Of a stretch of 35,020 nucleotides of DNA, positions 23,640 through 34,975 are shown piece by piece. Under the pieces are notes generated by a model that was not told the origin of the DNA, did not search any database, and saw only the letters and a program-made list of their open reading frames with translations. Made by a program: the position numbers and the translations under genes. Origin of the DNA: Octopus bimaculoides (lineage: Eukaryota). Each line of letters begins with the position of its first letter. Positions within the stretch are counted from its first letter, which is position 1. Location of the stretch: the NCBI RefSeq assembly GCF_001194135.2, contig NC_069008.1, forward strand, positions 9,003,932 to 9,038,951. Reading direction: 5' to 3'.

Positions 23640-23990
23640 TGCATTTACACTTACTTGTCTCCAGAGAGACATTTTCTCCATGACAAAACACAGTGAATGG
23701 ATGCCGAACAAGTTTGAATAAACCTTAAAGCATATTTGAACTAGTAACAAGTTTGTTTTTATACACATCACTGCTGAGCACTCAGGTTTCTGTGGCTTAA
23801 CAGATAATCACTCCAAAATCCATGCGTCCCACTATCTGATTAGGGAATGCTATGAGCTGACTCAGTGTATTTACACTTGTCTCCAGAGAGACATTTTCTC
23901 CATTACAAAACACAGTGAATGGATGCCGCATGGGTTTAAATACGCCTTAAGCATTTCTGAGCTGGTAACAAGTTTATCCACATCACTGCT
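23640..23990. repeat. Diverged direct duplication of ~125 bp (period ~226 bp)
   Basis: cttgtctccagagagacattttctccat(g/t)acaaaacacagtgaatggatgccg occurs at ~23655 and ~23876, each followed by taacaagttt...cacatcactgct. Confidence 0.8.
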
Positions 23991-24217
23991 TTAGTGCAGT
24001 CACCCTGTAGTTATAATGAATGCATAATAAAAATAAAAAAATTTACAAAGGGGAGAAAACTTCGATGACATTACTGAAAGTTGTATACCTTCTCTGTGAA
24101 ACTATTTTCAAAATCACGGAGGTGATATGTTTTAATCTGAGATCGTGTGCTGAAACTAAAGCGATTGCAGCATAGAAGACATTAGTTAACCATTCAGAAA
24201 CACACAAAAACCACCAT

Positions 24218-24630
24218 CTTCATTCGAACATTTATTTATCATATGGTGCTGGACTGGCTCCTGTGCAGGTGGCATGTAAAATACACCATTTTGAGCGTGG
24301 CCGTTGCCAGTACCGCCTGACTGGCCTTTGTGCCAGTGGCATGTAAAAGCACCCACTACACTCTCGGAGTGGTTGGCGTTAGGAAGGGCATCCAGCTGTA
24401 GAAACTCTGCCAGATCAGATTGGAGCTTGGTGTAGCCACCTGGTCCACCAGTCCTCTGTCAAATTGTCCAACCCATGCTAGCATGGAAAGCGGACGTTAA
24501 ACGATGATGATGATGATGTCAAAATTTTCACCCCTTGAAACCTCGAGCTGTTCACTGACGAAAATTTTTTTGTCAGTGAACTGAGTGCAGTTTCGAGTGA
24601 TGAAAATTTTGAATAAATGTTCGAATTAAG
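24218..24630. mobile_element. Palindromic MITE with a nested RTE 3' fragment (24243-24518, + strand) in its left arm
   Basis: attcgaacatttatt (24222-36) is the reverse complement of aataaatgttcgaat (24612-26). tcaaaattttca pairs with tgaaaattttga, and gttcactgac pairs with gtcagtgaac. The intervening block is the RTE 3' UTR ending (GAT)n. Confidence 0.75.
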
Positions 24631-24708
24631 TTAATGGTCTCTATTTCTGAATGGCTAACTTACGTCTCCCATGCTGTAATCTCCACTTTGAATATATTTC
24701 TAACAATA

Positions 24709-26520
24709 TGTGATGTAAAGGAAGGAAAAAAAAAAGACGGAAGCGAAGAGAGAATTACGGTAGTCTTACTTGTTGGTCCAGAGAAAGGGTCACTTTTAAC
24801 TCCACGATCCCCAAGGTTCACTCCACGTCCACGTGCGTTATCCATTGCTCTACTGTCTCAAATGTCTGCTCTGATGTGCTGTTCACCGCTGACTGCCCTT
24901 GTGCTTCACTGAATGCCGCATGTCCACTGCGGCACTTCTGGTGGGATCCACAGGCCCCACTTCTGACAGGACATACCTACTCCCTTACTTCCGATCCTTC
25001 TCTACAACACAGCCTGGCTCATAGTACCATATGCCATCCCCCGCCCGATCTGAAGATCATTCAACCAACCTACCCACACCCTCTTCTCAACCCTGACCAC
25101 ATGCCTCAACTTGTCTCATAATCAGCCAACCAGCAAGGAACTGCAGGACTGGTCTCAATGCCTGGCATGTTCCTGCCGGCTTCGTCCTCTTGTCCATTAC
25201 TGTTGGCCCCATCCTCCATCACAGTGATGACCCTGTGCACATCCAAAACATGTCATGGCGTGCCATCTACAGATATGTTGTTCCTCGAATTTACAGAGGT
25301 TACTGTCCCCTTTTCCCAGTGATGTGCACCATGCATTTGGGGGTTTAACCCAAACTTTTTGCCTAACCTGCACAAAGACATGCTCTTTCTCTTCTGTGGG
25401 ATGTGGTGATGCAATACATGGATGCTTCCACTCATATTTGAATATTGCCCTGTGTGGCACTGACTCCTCAGCCTGTCCCATCCTGGGCGACATATTATAC
25501 CAAAAAACGGCCTCGGCCGGTGAGGTATGACCCCTCACTGCTATGGTCTTGATGGTACGATGATGCCTCTCCACAACCCCATTGCCACTTGACTCGTATG
25601 CCGCCCTAAAGAAACAGCTGACATGCCACTTGCCAAGCATTTCCCCCAGCATCTCTGAGTGAAATGCAATGCCATTGTCCACAAGCAGCTCATCCACAGG
25701 GCCTTGTTCTAGAAATACCTCATTCAGTATTCTTGTGAGTTCCTCCCCGATACCCGTCTTCATCTCCCTCCATATGGCCAACCACCCCGGTCTGCAGTCG
25801 ACCATCGAGAGGTATGCCCCTGCCAGTAGTGCTTCACGTCCACTGCCAGTCATTTCCAGTTGTGTTCCACTGGAATGCTTCCTGCCTCATGTACACCCAG
25901 AGCTGGGTCAATGAGCTGGCACCTGTCACAGCTCCCAGCTACATCTGCTCTATTCCTCTCTGAGGGCACAAAAACCACACTCAGCCTCAGGTCAAACTCG
26001 GCAGCTAGCTCTCCCAGAATTCCCAGACAGCATTTTATCAGCATCTCGTACCCCCTTTGGTTTGCACCCATCCAGCTCCACCACGTTGATGTGGTTGCAG
26101 TCGTCCTTCTTCCTAAGCCAAGCCGCATCCTCCACCACGACACCTCCAATTTCCAGGACAACTCCCATCGCTATGCTGCTGGCATCACACCACGTGATCC
26201 CCTTCTTCAATTTGGGCACATACCAGTTCCCTCTTACTGGGTCCTTTGCAGTCACCTTCTCCAAGACTTCTTGCATCATGGCGGTTGTCTTCTCGCTCAC
26301 GTTATCACTCCACCTCACTCCTTCAGCTCGCCTGATGAAGCTGCATGCTGTCCAGAGCCATCCTGCAATTGGGAGGTGTCCCAGCAGCTTCCCACACACA
26401 GAAAACTGTTCCCACCTGCTCGTCTTTGAGCCCAGTTCTAGAATCTCATTCCCTCTCTGAAGCACCAGCATGCCAGCCTTGGCAGCTCCTCCTTCCATTG
26501 CCTCCGGTGGTTTGGCAGTT
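24709..26520 (-). mobile_element. Gypsy-type LTR retrotransposon remnant: RNase H, integrase, PPT and 3' LTR (24709-24952)
   Basis: RNase H reads WCDASSIAMGVVLEIGG...HINVVELD. Integrase reads LAVDVKHY...LLVDNG...NGVVERHHRTIK with D-35-E spacing. A purine-rich agaagtgggg tract lies just upstream of a TG...CA-bounded ~244-bp LTR. The RH-IN order fits Gypsy. No 5' LTR is seen. Confidence 0.8.
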
Positions 26521-26544
26521 AGCCCAAAACTCTTTGGATAAAGC

Positions 26545-26805
26545 GATGCTGGTAACGATCTTGCTCAAATGGTACTATTTATGTGCCACTAGCATGGAAG
26601 CCAGACAGCTGCTCTGGCAATGATCACACTCGGATGGTACTGTTAGTGCTCCACTGGCACAGGTGCCAGTCATCGAATATGGTTCAATTACGATTTTGAT
26701 TTCACTTGCTCCAACAGGTCTTCGCAAGCAGAGTTTAGTGTCCAAAGAAGGAGAGGTTGGCATGGGTGCCAGTCGTCGAATTTGGTTCGATTTCAATTTC
26801 AATTT
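26545..26805 (-). mobile_element. RTE-family 3' UTR repeat-unit fragment (diverged subfamily)
   Basis: atgtgccactagcatggaagccag...gattttgatttcacttgctccaacaggtcttcgcaagca resembles 4860-4960. Confidence 0.6.
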
Positions 26806-27639
26806 CGATTACTATATATTATATATATTATATCCAGTGATTTTAAGAGGCATGAAAAAGATATTTTGCTTTAATATTATACTTTTACTTGTTTCACACA
26901 CATACACAAACTCTAAGGTGTTTTTTTACATGAATTATTTATCATTCGTTATCTCTTCACACACTTCGTTACCACTAGCTTCTATAACCTCTGCATCTTC
27001 ACTTATTCATTTCAAACTTCTTTGAATTTTCCATCTAATGTAATCCACAATCTCTCAAAAACATATTTCTGTGAAATGTTATCTAAAATTATGGGTAAAG
27101 AAAGAAACAGCAAAAAATATTTGAAAATGGGGTATTGAGGGATGAAATTTCCGAGGGTTCGGAAAGTATTTAGAGAAAAATTCATTTCAAAAATACCCTT
27201 TTTTTTCAAAGCCATGAGGAAACCATGTCGGTGGAAAAAACATTGTATTAGATATGCCAACACTTTACTTTCAAGGAGCCTGGGAAACACAAAAGATCAA
27301 TCCTGCCTTTCTAAATATGCTAGGGTGTTTGATCTGAAGGAGATTTGGCTACTGTTTCAAGAACAAGTCCATCCATGACCGTCACTTGCGACAAAATGAC
27401 TGATACACTTAATCACACTTTCATTAAGTGAAGCTAAACACCAAAGGGAGATAACTTTAATTATCTTTAGTCATTAAACACCAAATTCTTCTTGCATTGG
27501 TGGCTAGTTATATAACGTTAATATGAATGTTTCCTATGTAGATCATTAAAGAGTTTATTGTACTGAATACCCCTTTAGTGTTGAAGATGAGAATTCAGGT
27601 GTTCGTCACTGAACAGTCTACTTTTTAACGGGTAAATGA

Positions 27640-27799
27640 CAGACAGATAGATAGACAAACAGATGGATAGTTAGGCAGAGGGGTAGATAGATAGGTAGAT
27701 AGAGTGATAGACAGAAAGATAGATAGACAGAAAGATAGATAGACAGATAGATGGAAGATAGCTACATAGTTTGGTAGACAGATGGGTAGATAGATAAAC

Positions 27800-27842
<43 letters not shown>

Positions 27843-27965
27843 CAATAGCTAGATAGTTTGGTAGACAGATGGGTAGATAGATAGATAGAAAGGCAGACAG
27901 ATACATAGACAAACAAATGGATAGGTAGAAAGATAGATGGATTGTTAGATAGATAGATAGCAAGA
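27640..27965. repeat. Degenerate (AGAT/AGAC)n microsatellite
   Basis: Long run of gata/gaca units with an internal duplicated tagtttggtagacagatgggtagatagata. Confidence 0.95.
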
Positions 27966-29174
27966 TATAAAAGATCATTAAGTGCATGTTAGAATGTTTA
28001 TGCCAAGAGCAAGCATTAGAAAAGCTTAGTTGTTAGTTTTAAGCTGTTGGCCAGTTTAAAGCCTCCAGCTGGTCCTTTCATGTTTACTTCACTGGCAGCC
28101 AAATCTTTAGTCTTAGGATAACGTCTTCGCTACCTTCCAATAACTTTGGAGGTCTAAAAAAAAAGGGCCAAGGATGCCAACCTTTTGTGTTAAAAAAAAA
28201 ACAGGGAACAAATAAAAAAAATAAAAAACCCAAACTTCATGGCTGTGTGGTTAAGAAGCTTACTTTGCAGCCACATGGTTTTAAGTTCATTCCATCTGAA
28301 TGGCATTTTGGGTAATTGCTTTTCACTATAGTCCAAAGTTGATTAATGCCTAATGAAATTGGTAGATGTGTAATAAGTGAATTCAGTCCCTTGTTTTGCT
28401 ACATAGATATCACAATTTGATCATGTGCACAAACCCAATGGCTGTTATTCATGTGATAATTGAACGGCATGACTAGAACCTTCCATGAACACAGCCTACA
28501 AATACAGCTCAATTGATTGCCAAAATAGTCTAGAGTGATTTGGTTCCTGATGGCATTCACTCTCCACACAGCTGTTGTCATAACTACATATTCAACCTAG
28601 AATGATTGAAGAAGACATACCATGGCAACAAGAATAATGTGTTGATATGTAAAAATTAACCTGAATGTCGAATTTCTAATGAAGACTTTCTGCACTTGTC
28701 ATATTTGTTGTTTCGTCTGAATATTTCTTTACTTGTATTGCATGAGCACATTCTATATTAATGTAACAATAAATTATGTTCATAAACATAAAGCCGCTTT
28801 CCCATGATTGCTACAAGTGGAAACAGTGTGGAAGTCCATCCATCATCATCATCATCGTCATTTAATACCTGTCTTCCATGGTCGGATGGTTTGACAGGAG
28901 CTAGTGAACCCCATTTGGGAAAAGAGAGAAGGGAAGAGGAGGAGAGAGAGAGAGAGAGAGAGAGGAAAAGAGAGAAGAAGGTGAAGAAGGTGGGTCTGGG
29001 CATACCCAGGTTGCAGGGAGGTGAATATAAGCGAAGTGTTTACAGAGGATTGGACTGGATGAGAAGACAAGGAGTTCACAAGAATGGAAACGGAGAGTGG
29101 GAGACAGAGGGGAGCGAGTGGTGAATTGGGTGTGTGTGTGTGTGTGTGGATATATGTGTGTGTGTGTGTATAAG

Positions 29175-29456
29175 TGAATGAGAAAAGGAAGAAAATGGAG
29201 AACTTGACATGCAGACATCAGTTTATTCAAAGACATTCAAATCCATATAATGAAATTCCAGTCCTATAGCTGTTTCTATATACAATTAGTTCAATTACAG
29301 AATTTAGATTAAATTAGTTTAATTTAATTTCTATAATTGAAATAATTGGATATAGAAACGGCAGTAGGACTGGAATTTCATTATATGGATTTGAATGTCT
29401 TTGAATAAACTGATGTCTGCATGTCAATTTGTCCATTTTCTTCCTTTTCTTATTCA
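29175..29456. mobile_element. ~282-bp fold-back (palindromic) element, MITE-like
   Basis: Left arm 29175-29303 is a near-perfect reverse complement of 29329-29456. Pairing continues through attaaatta-gtt-taatttaat to a 3-nt loop. Confidence 0.88.
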
Positions 29457-29598
29457 TAAATATTTTAAATACCTATATATATCAATGCAAAACTAATATG
29501 TTTAGTTTTCACTGAACACTGGTATGAACTGAACAACTAGGATGCTAGCATCCCTTAAAGGATTATAGGTCCTTGACACAATTATATATACATATATA

Positions 29599-30850
29599 GT
29601 CAACCTAGCTAAAACCAAAATCCTAATAAGTAGGAAGGTAGATAAAACACAAACCCCTTCAGGTAGATGGCCCTGCTCAGTATGTAGAAAAGGAGTAGGT
29701 AGTAACTCTATAAGATGTACCCGGTGCAAGCTATGGACACATAAGAGGTGCAGCAACATCAAAGGCAGGTTAACTAGCAAGTTAGTTTTTGTTTGTGGCA
29801 GATGTTCAGGTGCAATAAAGACTGTAAACAAACAGGAAACAACTTCTATCTCATTCCAGGGTGAAAAACTAGAGGTAGTNNNNNNNNNNNNNNNNNNNNN
29901 NNNNNNNNNNNNNNNNNNNNNNNNNNNNNNNNNNNNNNNNNNNNNNNNNNNNNNNNNNNNNNNNNNNNNNNNNNNNNNNNNNNNNNNNNNNNNNNNNNNN
30001 NNNNNNNNNNNNNNNNNNNNNNNNNNNNNNNNNNNNNNNNNNNNNNNNNNNNNNNNNNNNNNNNNNNNNNNNNNNNNNNNNNNNNNNNNNNNNNNNNNNN
30101 NNNNNNNNNNNNNNNNNNNNNNNNNNNNNNNNNNNNNNNNNNNNNNNNNNNNNNNNNNNNNNNNNNNNNNNNNNNNNNNNNNNNNNNNNNNNNNNNNNNN
30201 NNNNNNNNNNNNNNNNNNNNNNNNNNNNNNNNNNNNNNNNNNNNNNNNNNNNNNNNNNNNNNNNNNNNNNNNNNNNNNNNNNNNNNNNNNNNNNNNNNNN
30301 NNNNNNNNNNNNNNNNNNNNNNNNNNNNNNNNNNNNNNNNNNNNNNNNNNNNNNNNNNNNNNNNNNNNNNNNNNNNNNNNNNNNNNNNNNNNNNNNNNNN
30401 NNNNNNNNNNNNNNNNNNNNNNNNNNNNNNNNNNNNNNNNNNNNNNNNNNNNNNNNNNNNNNNNNNNNNNNNNNNNNNNNNNNNNNNNNNNNNNNNNNNN
30501 NNNNNNNNNNNNNNNNNNNNNNNNNNNNNNNNNNNNNNNNNNNNNNNNNNNNNNNNNNNNNNNNNNNNNNNNNNNNNNNNNNNNNNNNNNNNNNNNNNNN
30601 NNNNNNNNNGTGCGGGTGGCACATAAAAGACACCATTTCGAGCGTGGCCGTTTTCGTGCGGGTGACACGTAAAAGCACCCACTACACTCTCTGAGTGGTT
30701 GGCGTTAGGAAGGGCATCCAGCTGTAGAAACTCTGCCAAATCAGACTGGAGCCTGGTGTTGCCATCCGGTTTCACCAGTCCTCAGTCAAATCGTCCAACC
30801 CATGCTAGCATGGAAAGCGGACGTTAAACGATGATGATGATGATGATGAT
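29599..30850 (+). mobile_element. Young 5'-truncated RTE LINE spanning an N gap; RT segment with PHD-type finger, 3' UTR and (GAT)n tail
   Basis: 29599-29879 is stop-free: VNLAKTKILISRKVDKTQTPSGRWPCSVCRKGVGSNSIRCTRCKLWTHKRCSNIKGRLTSKLVFVCGRCSGAIKTVNKQETTSISFQGEKLEVV. 30610-30850 is the 3' UTR, nearly identical to the reverse complement of 395-616. I assume both sides of the gap belong to one copy. Confidence 0.88.
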
Positions 30851-31384
30851 GGACATAGATATATCTGTGTGTGATGTGCATGTGTGTATGTATGTGTGTG
30901 TATATATATATGCAAAGTATGGGGGTTTAGTTCACAGGCTATCTAAACGATTAGGCATGCCAGGTAAGTGCTGTAATGGATTACTAGGGCTCCAAGGTTG
31001 TAGCTGAGGCAGTAGTTATGGAGCCATTGCAGATTTCCGATGCAGTGGATATATATATATGTGTGTGTGTGTGTGTCAGAGTGTCCTTCTCCTAGAAGAC
31101 TTGCCTTCACCATGGCTAAGGAGCCCCACCATGGTAATGATGGTCTCCTTAATTAGCTGCACTATTAAAGCCATGACTGTTTGATGGAGGTAGATTGGGC
31201 TCATGTTTTAAAATGAAGCCTTGATCAGGACAACCAATATAGAAGAACGAAATTTTGAATTAAAATTGACTTACCAATGTTGGCTTGCAGTTTCCTTTTG
31301 AGGAAAAGCTTAGGAGAAGGTACTCCAGCATAAAATCTGCAGTCAACTTAGTACTTGTAATTTTGCTTTGCTTGTTACTGGAAT

Positions 31385-31985
31385 CTACTATTTTGACCCA
31401 GGAAATGCAGTGTTGAGTCTTTCCATCTGTTGAACATAGAGTTCTGCATTGACCGTTTCGTACCGTTCAAGCAATTCGTAATGGATAATCCTTTCCCAGT
31501 CACACCATACACACAACATTGCTTTACGTGGATGAAGATCTTGTTTCACGTGCGGTGTCGCTTGTTTACTGGGGCTAAGCCATTCCTTACACTGCTTCAT
31601 ATTGATGTAAAGGCACCATTTTTTGTCGCCAGTAATGATTTGGTAAAGAAATTGTTGCTTGTGTCCATGAGTTGAGTGGTGACGAGCAAGCAAACCAGCG
31701 GAGATTGTGGCTTGTTGATTATTGTTGTTGTCACTTAAAGCAATCAGAACCCATGCTCCATACTTCTGAACCTTTCCCATCAAGTGAAGATGCTTCTCTA
31801 TAGCATTGTGGGAGCATTCCATTTTCTCTGCCAGTTCCCTTGTCGTTTCACGAGAATTTTTGTGCAAAAGTTGGTTTAATCGCTCTTCCTCGAACTCAAC
31901 TGGACGGCCAGAATGAGGTGCATCTTTGAGGTCAAAATTTCCATTTTTGAACTTGGCATACCAAACACGAGCAGTTCTTTCAGCT
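31385..31985 (-). mobile_element. Mariner (DD34D-type) transposase fragment, decayed
   Basis: Reads VWYAKFKNGNFDLKDAPHSGRPVEFEEERL...TTRELAEKMECSH...YGAWV...IITGDKKWCLYIN...LHPRKAMLCVWCD, containing mariner WVP-like, TGDEKW-like and HP.K.MLCVW motifs. Confidence 0.85.
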
Positions 31986-31997
31986 ATGGTACCCTCT

Positions 31998-32255
31998 CAT
32001 GACCTTCGAACGTTGGGCCTCACAGAGTCAATGACAAATGACTGAGACCTTTGGAGATATGCTGTGCTTGAGCAGATCTGGCAAGCCAAGTGAGACCATA
32101 ACCATGGCCTATGCCAGTGCAGCATAACTGGCCCATTTAAGAGAACCACTCAATCACTGGGCAATAAACTGCGCTTGCGAAGACCTGTTGAGTCAAGTGA
32201 AGTCATTGTCATGGCCGATGATAGTATCGCCTGATTGGCACCTAAAAAGCACCAT
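31998..32255 (+). mobile_element. RTE LINE fragment (ORF end and proximal 3' UTR)
   Basis: catgaccttcgaacgttgggcctcacagag...tggagatatgctgtgcttgag matches 34500-34580. Confidence 0.8.
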
Positions 32256-32269
32256 TTGTGTAAAAAGCT

Positions 32270-34270
32270 TATTGTAACTGCAGATGTCAGCTTTTTACAT
32301 TTATGCACTTCCAGCCACATTGAAAAGCTATCCACCACCACCACCACAAGGTAATATAAACCCTTAAGTGGACCTGCATAATTGATATGCAGTCTGGACC
32401 ATAGAACATTGGTTTTTGGTCATGGTTGCTATTTAGTGGTAGTGATTTTGCAGCTAAGGCACACCCTCTGCTAGATTTCACACATTCTTCAATGTCACGG
32501 ACTATTGTTGGCCAATATATGTATCTTCTCATTAATGATTTCATTCTCGAAATCCCTGGGCAACCCATATGAAATTCCTTTAATAATTGCTTTTGTAGTG
32601 TTGCTAGCACTATGACTCTTTGTGCATACATCAACACATTGTCACACAGAGAGAAATGGTTCGCATTTGTGTTGCACATATTTTTATCGCTTTTAGCCTT
32701 CAGTATTTCTTTCAATTTTATAATAAATTTTTCGATTTTAATTTTATGTCTTGTAAGGTAACTGGCAGTTCATGGATGATGTTACACAAAACATTTTTGA
32801 TTTCATTTTATGCTCGCAATGTGGCAATCACAGTATCTTCAAATGGTTCTGAATTTTTTGAAATCAGTCTTGATAGACAATTTGCATGACCTAGTTTCTT
32901 GGATCGTATATACTCCATCTTGAACTCATAGTTTAATAATATTGTACCCCAGCATTGTAACTTATTAGCAGTGTGGGTTGGAATTCCTTTCTCAACCCAA
33001 ATATCAATAATAATGTACAGTGATCAGTTTGTAGATGCAAACTTCTACTGTGCAAAAGTCTGAAATTTTTTCATGGTAAAAATTATCGTTAGAGCTTCGT
33101 TTTCGATTTTTTACTCTGCTGATATCAGAGAACATGAGGCATCTTTAAATTTATGCAGCATCACTGCTCCTATACCGGACTCAGAAGTGTCTGAAGCTAC
33201 AACAGTCTCTGCTGCAGAATTGAAGTGTGATAACAACAAATCAGATATTAATATTTTTTTATTTTGTCAAATGCCTTTTGGCAATTTTCCAACCAGTTGA
33301 ATTTCATATCTCTTTTCAACAGATTATTCAGTGGGACCCTCACCTTATGCATATTTGGAATATAATTTTGGTAATAATTTGCCAGTCCTAAAAATGTTTG
33401 TAAGGTCACTATATTAGTCAGAAGGGGCATATTTTTAATTGCGTCTGCCCTCAATGGGTCTGGTCAACGTCCATTTCTGTCAATGATTTGTCTTATATAT
33501 CTTATTTTTGGTAAGAAAATTCGCATTTTTCTTCACTCAAAGTAAAACTGTAATCCCTAATTTTTTTGAATAGATATTTTAACATGCTCTATGTGTTGAT
33601 CCCTGGATTCAATTTTAATGAACATATCATCCAGATAGGGAATTGCAAATTCACAGTTCTCTTACACTGCATCCATAATCTGTTGAAAAATCACTGGTGC
33701 ACCCTTTAAGCCAAATGGTAACCTGCTGTATTTATACAGTCCTTTATTTGCAGAGTTAAATTTTGGTCCTGTTTTAATTTTGTTAATATCCAGGAATGTA
33801 TATCTGCATCCTTGCTTGCAGTAAGCCCATGAACAAAAATTAATGACTTAAACATGTCCTGAGGTCAACTCATCCAATTTGGATTTCTCACACTCTCTGT
33901 CAACTACTCCATCATAGGTGACAAAATCTTCATCATCTTTTTTGACCAAATTTAAACATTACCAGTGAGTGTTGAACAGGGAACTTCTTTCACCGAAAAT
34001 TTTTGATAAAATATTATTTCATTGAAACAAATCTCACCTGGCTTCTTCAGCAGGAGATAACTTTCTTAAAAGTGATTGTCCTCTTTTCTCGTCAGACCAG
34101 CTTTTACACTCTTCTTTGAAGATTTCATCGTATCTATGAAAATATGCAGAGAAGGTAATCCCTTGTCCTGGATTATAGATGAATTCTCAGCTGAATTTGT
34201 TACACTGTCTGGCAAGTATGAACCTGAAGTATTTTCAAACTCCTTCAACATTAATTCCAACAACTGTTGT
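32270..34270 (-). mobile_element. Highly degenerate Gypsy pol (RT, RNase H, integrase Zn-finger and core start)
   Basis: Reads GLYKYSRLPFGLKGAPVIFQQIMD (RT), LQTFLGLANYYQNYIPN, WGTILLNYEFKMEY...GHANCLSRL (RH end), LLKEFHMGCPGISRMKSLMRRYIYWPTI and LHI.YAGPLKGLYYLVVV. Many stops and frameshifts. Confidence 0.85.
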
Positions 34271-34285
34271 AGTTGTTGTTGTAGT

Positions 34286-34974
34286 GTAATGTCAGTGTGC
34301 ACACATGGCAGAGTGTAAGCACCTTGAGAGAAATGCTGGACATAAGAAGCATCGGATGTGGTGTGCAAGAGAGATAACTGCGCTGGTATGGTCATGTGCT
34401 ACATATGGATGAGGAGAGCTGTGTGAAGAAGTGTCACTGCCCAACAGTGGAAGGAATCCAAGAAAGAAGGAGCCCCAGGAAGACATGGGATGAGGTGGTG
34501 AAGCATGACCGTTGAACGTTGGGTCTCACAGAGGCAATGACGAAAGACCGAGACCTCTGGAGATATGCTGTGATTGAGAAGACCCTGCAAGGAAAGTGAG
34601 ATCACAGCCATAGTCTACACCAGTGTTGCATAACCAGCCCATTTAAGGAGTACCTTTGAATTGTTGGGTGACATGCCGCGCTTGAGGAGACATCGAGTTA
34701 AGTAAAATCAAAATCAAATAAAATCACAATCAAATGGAAATTGTAGTTGTGGCCAATGCTAGTGCTGCCTCACTGGCTCCTGTGCTGATGGCACGTAAAA
34801 AACACCCACTACACTCTTGGAGTGGTTGGCGTTAGGAAGGGCATCCAGTCGTAGAAACATTGCCAGATCAGATTGGAGCCTGGTGTGGCCTCCTGGCTTG
34901 CCAGTCCCCACTCAAACCGTCCAACCCATGCCAGCATGGAAAACGGATGTTAAACGATGATGATGATGATAATG

Positions 34975-34975
<1 letters not shown>
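34286..34975 (+). mobile_element. RTE LINE 3' fragment (ORF C-terminus, 3' UTR, (GAT)n tail)
   Basis: Reads VSVHTWQSVSTLREMLDIRSIGCGVQER*LRWYGHVLHMDEESCVKKCH...PRKTWDEVVKHD...DRDLWRYAV, then the 3' UTR. The tail runs into (TA)n. Confidence 0.88.

Noticed and set aside
24545-24585. Hammerhead ribozyme core (ctgacga...gaaa); also ctgatga at ~3295, ~7183 and ~10172
   Set aside because: The required stem II/GAAA arrangement and closing stems are absent. The 24545 site is explained by the MITE palindrome.
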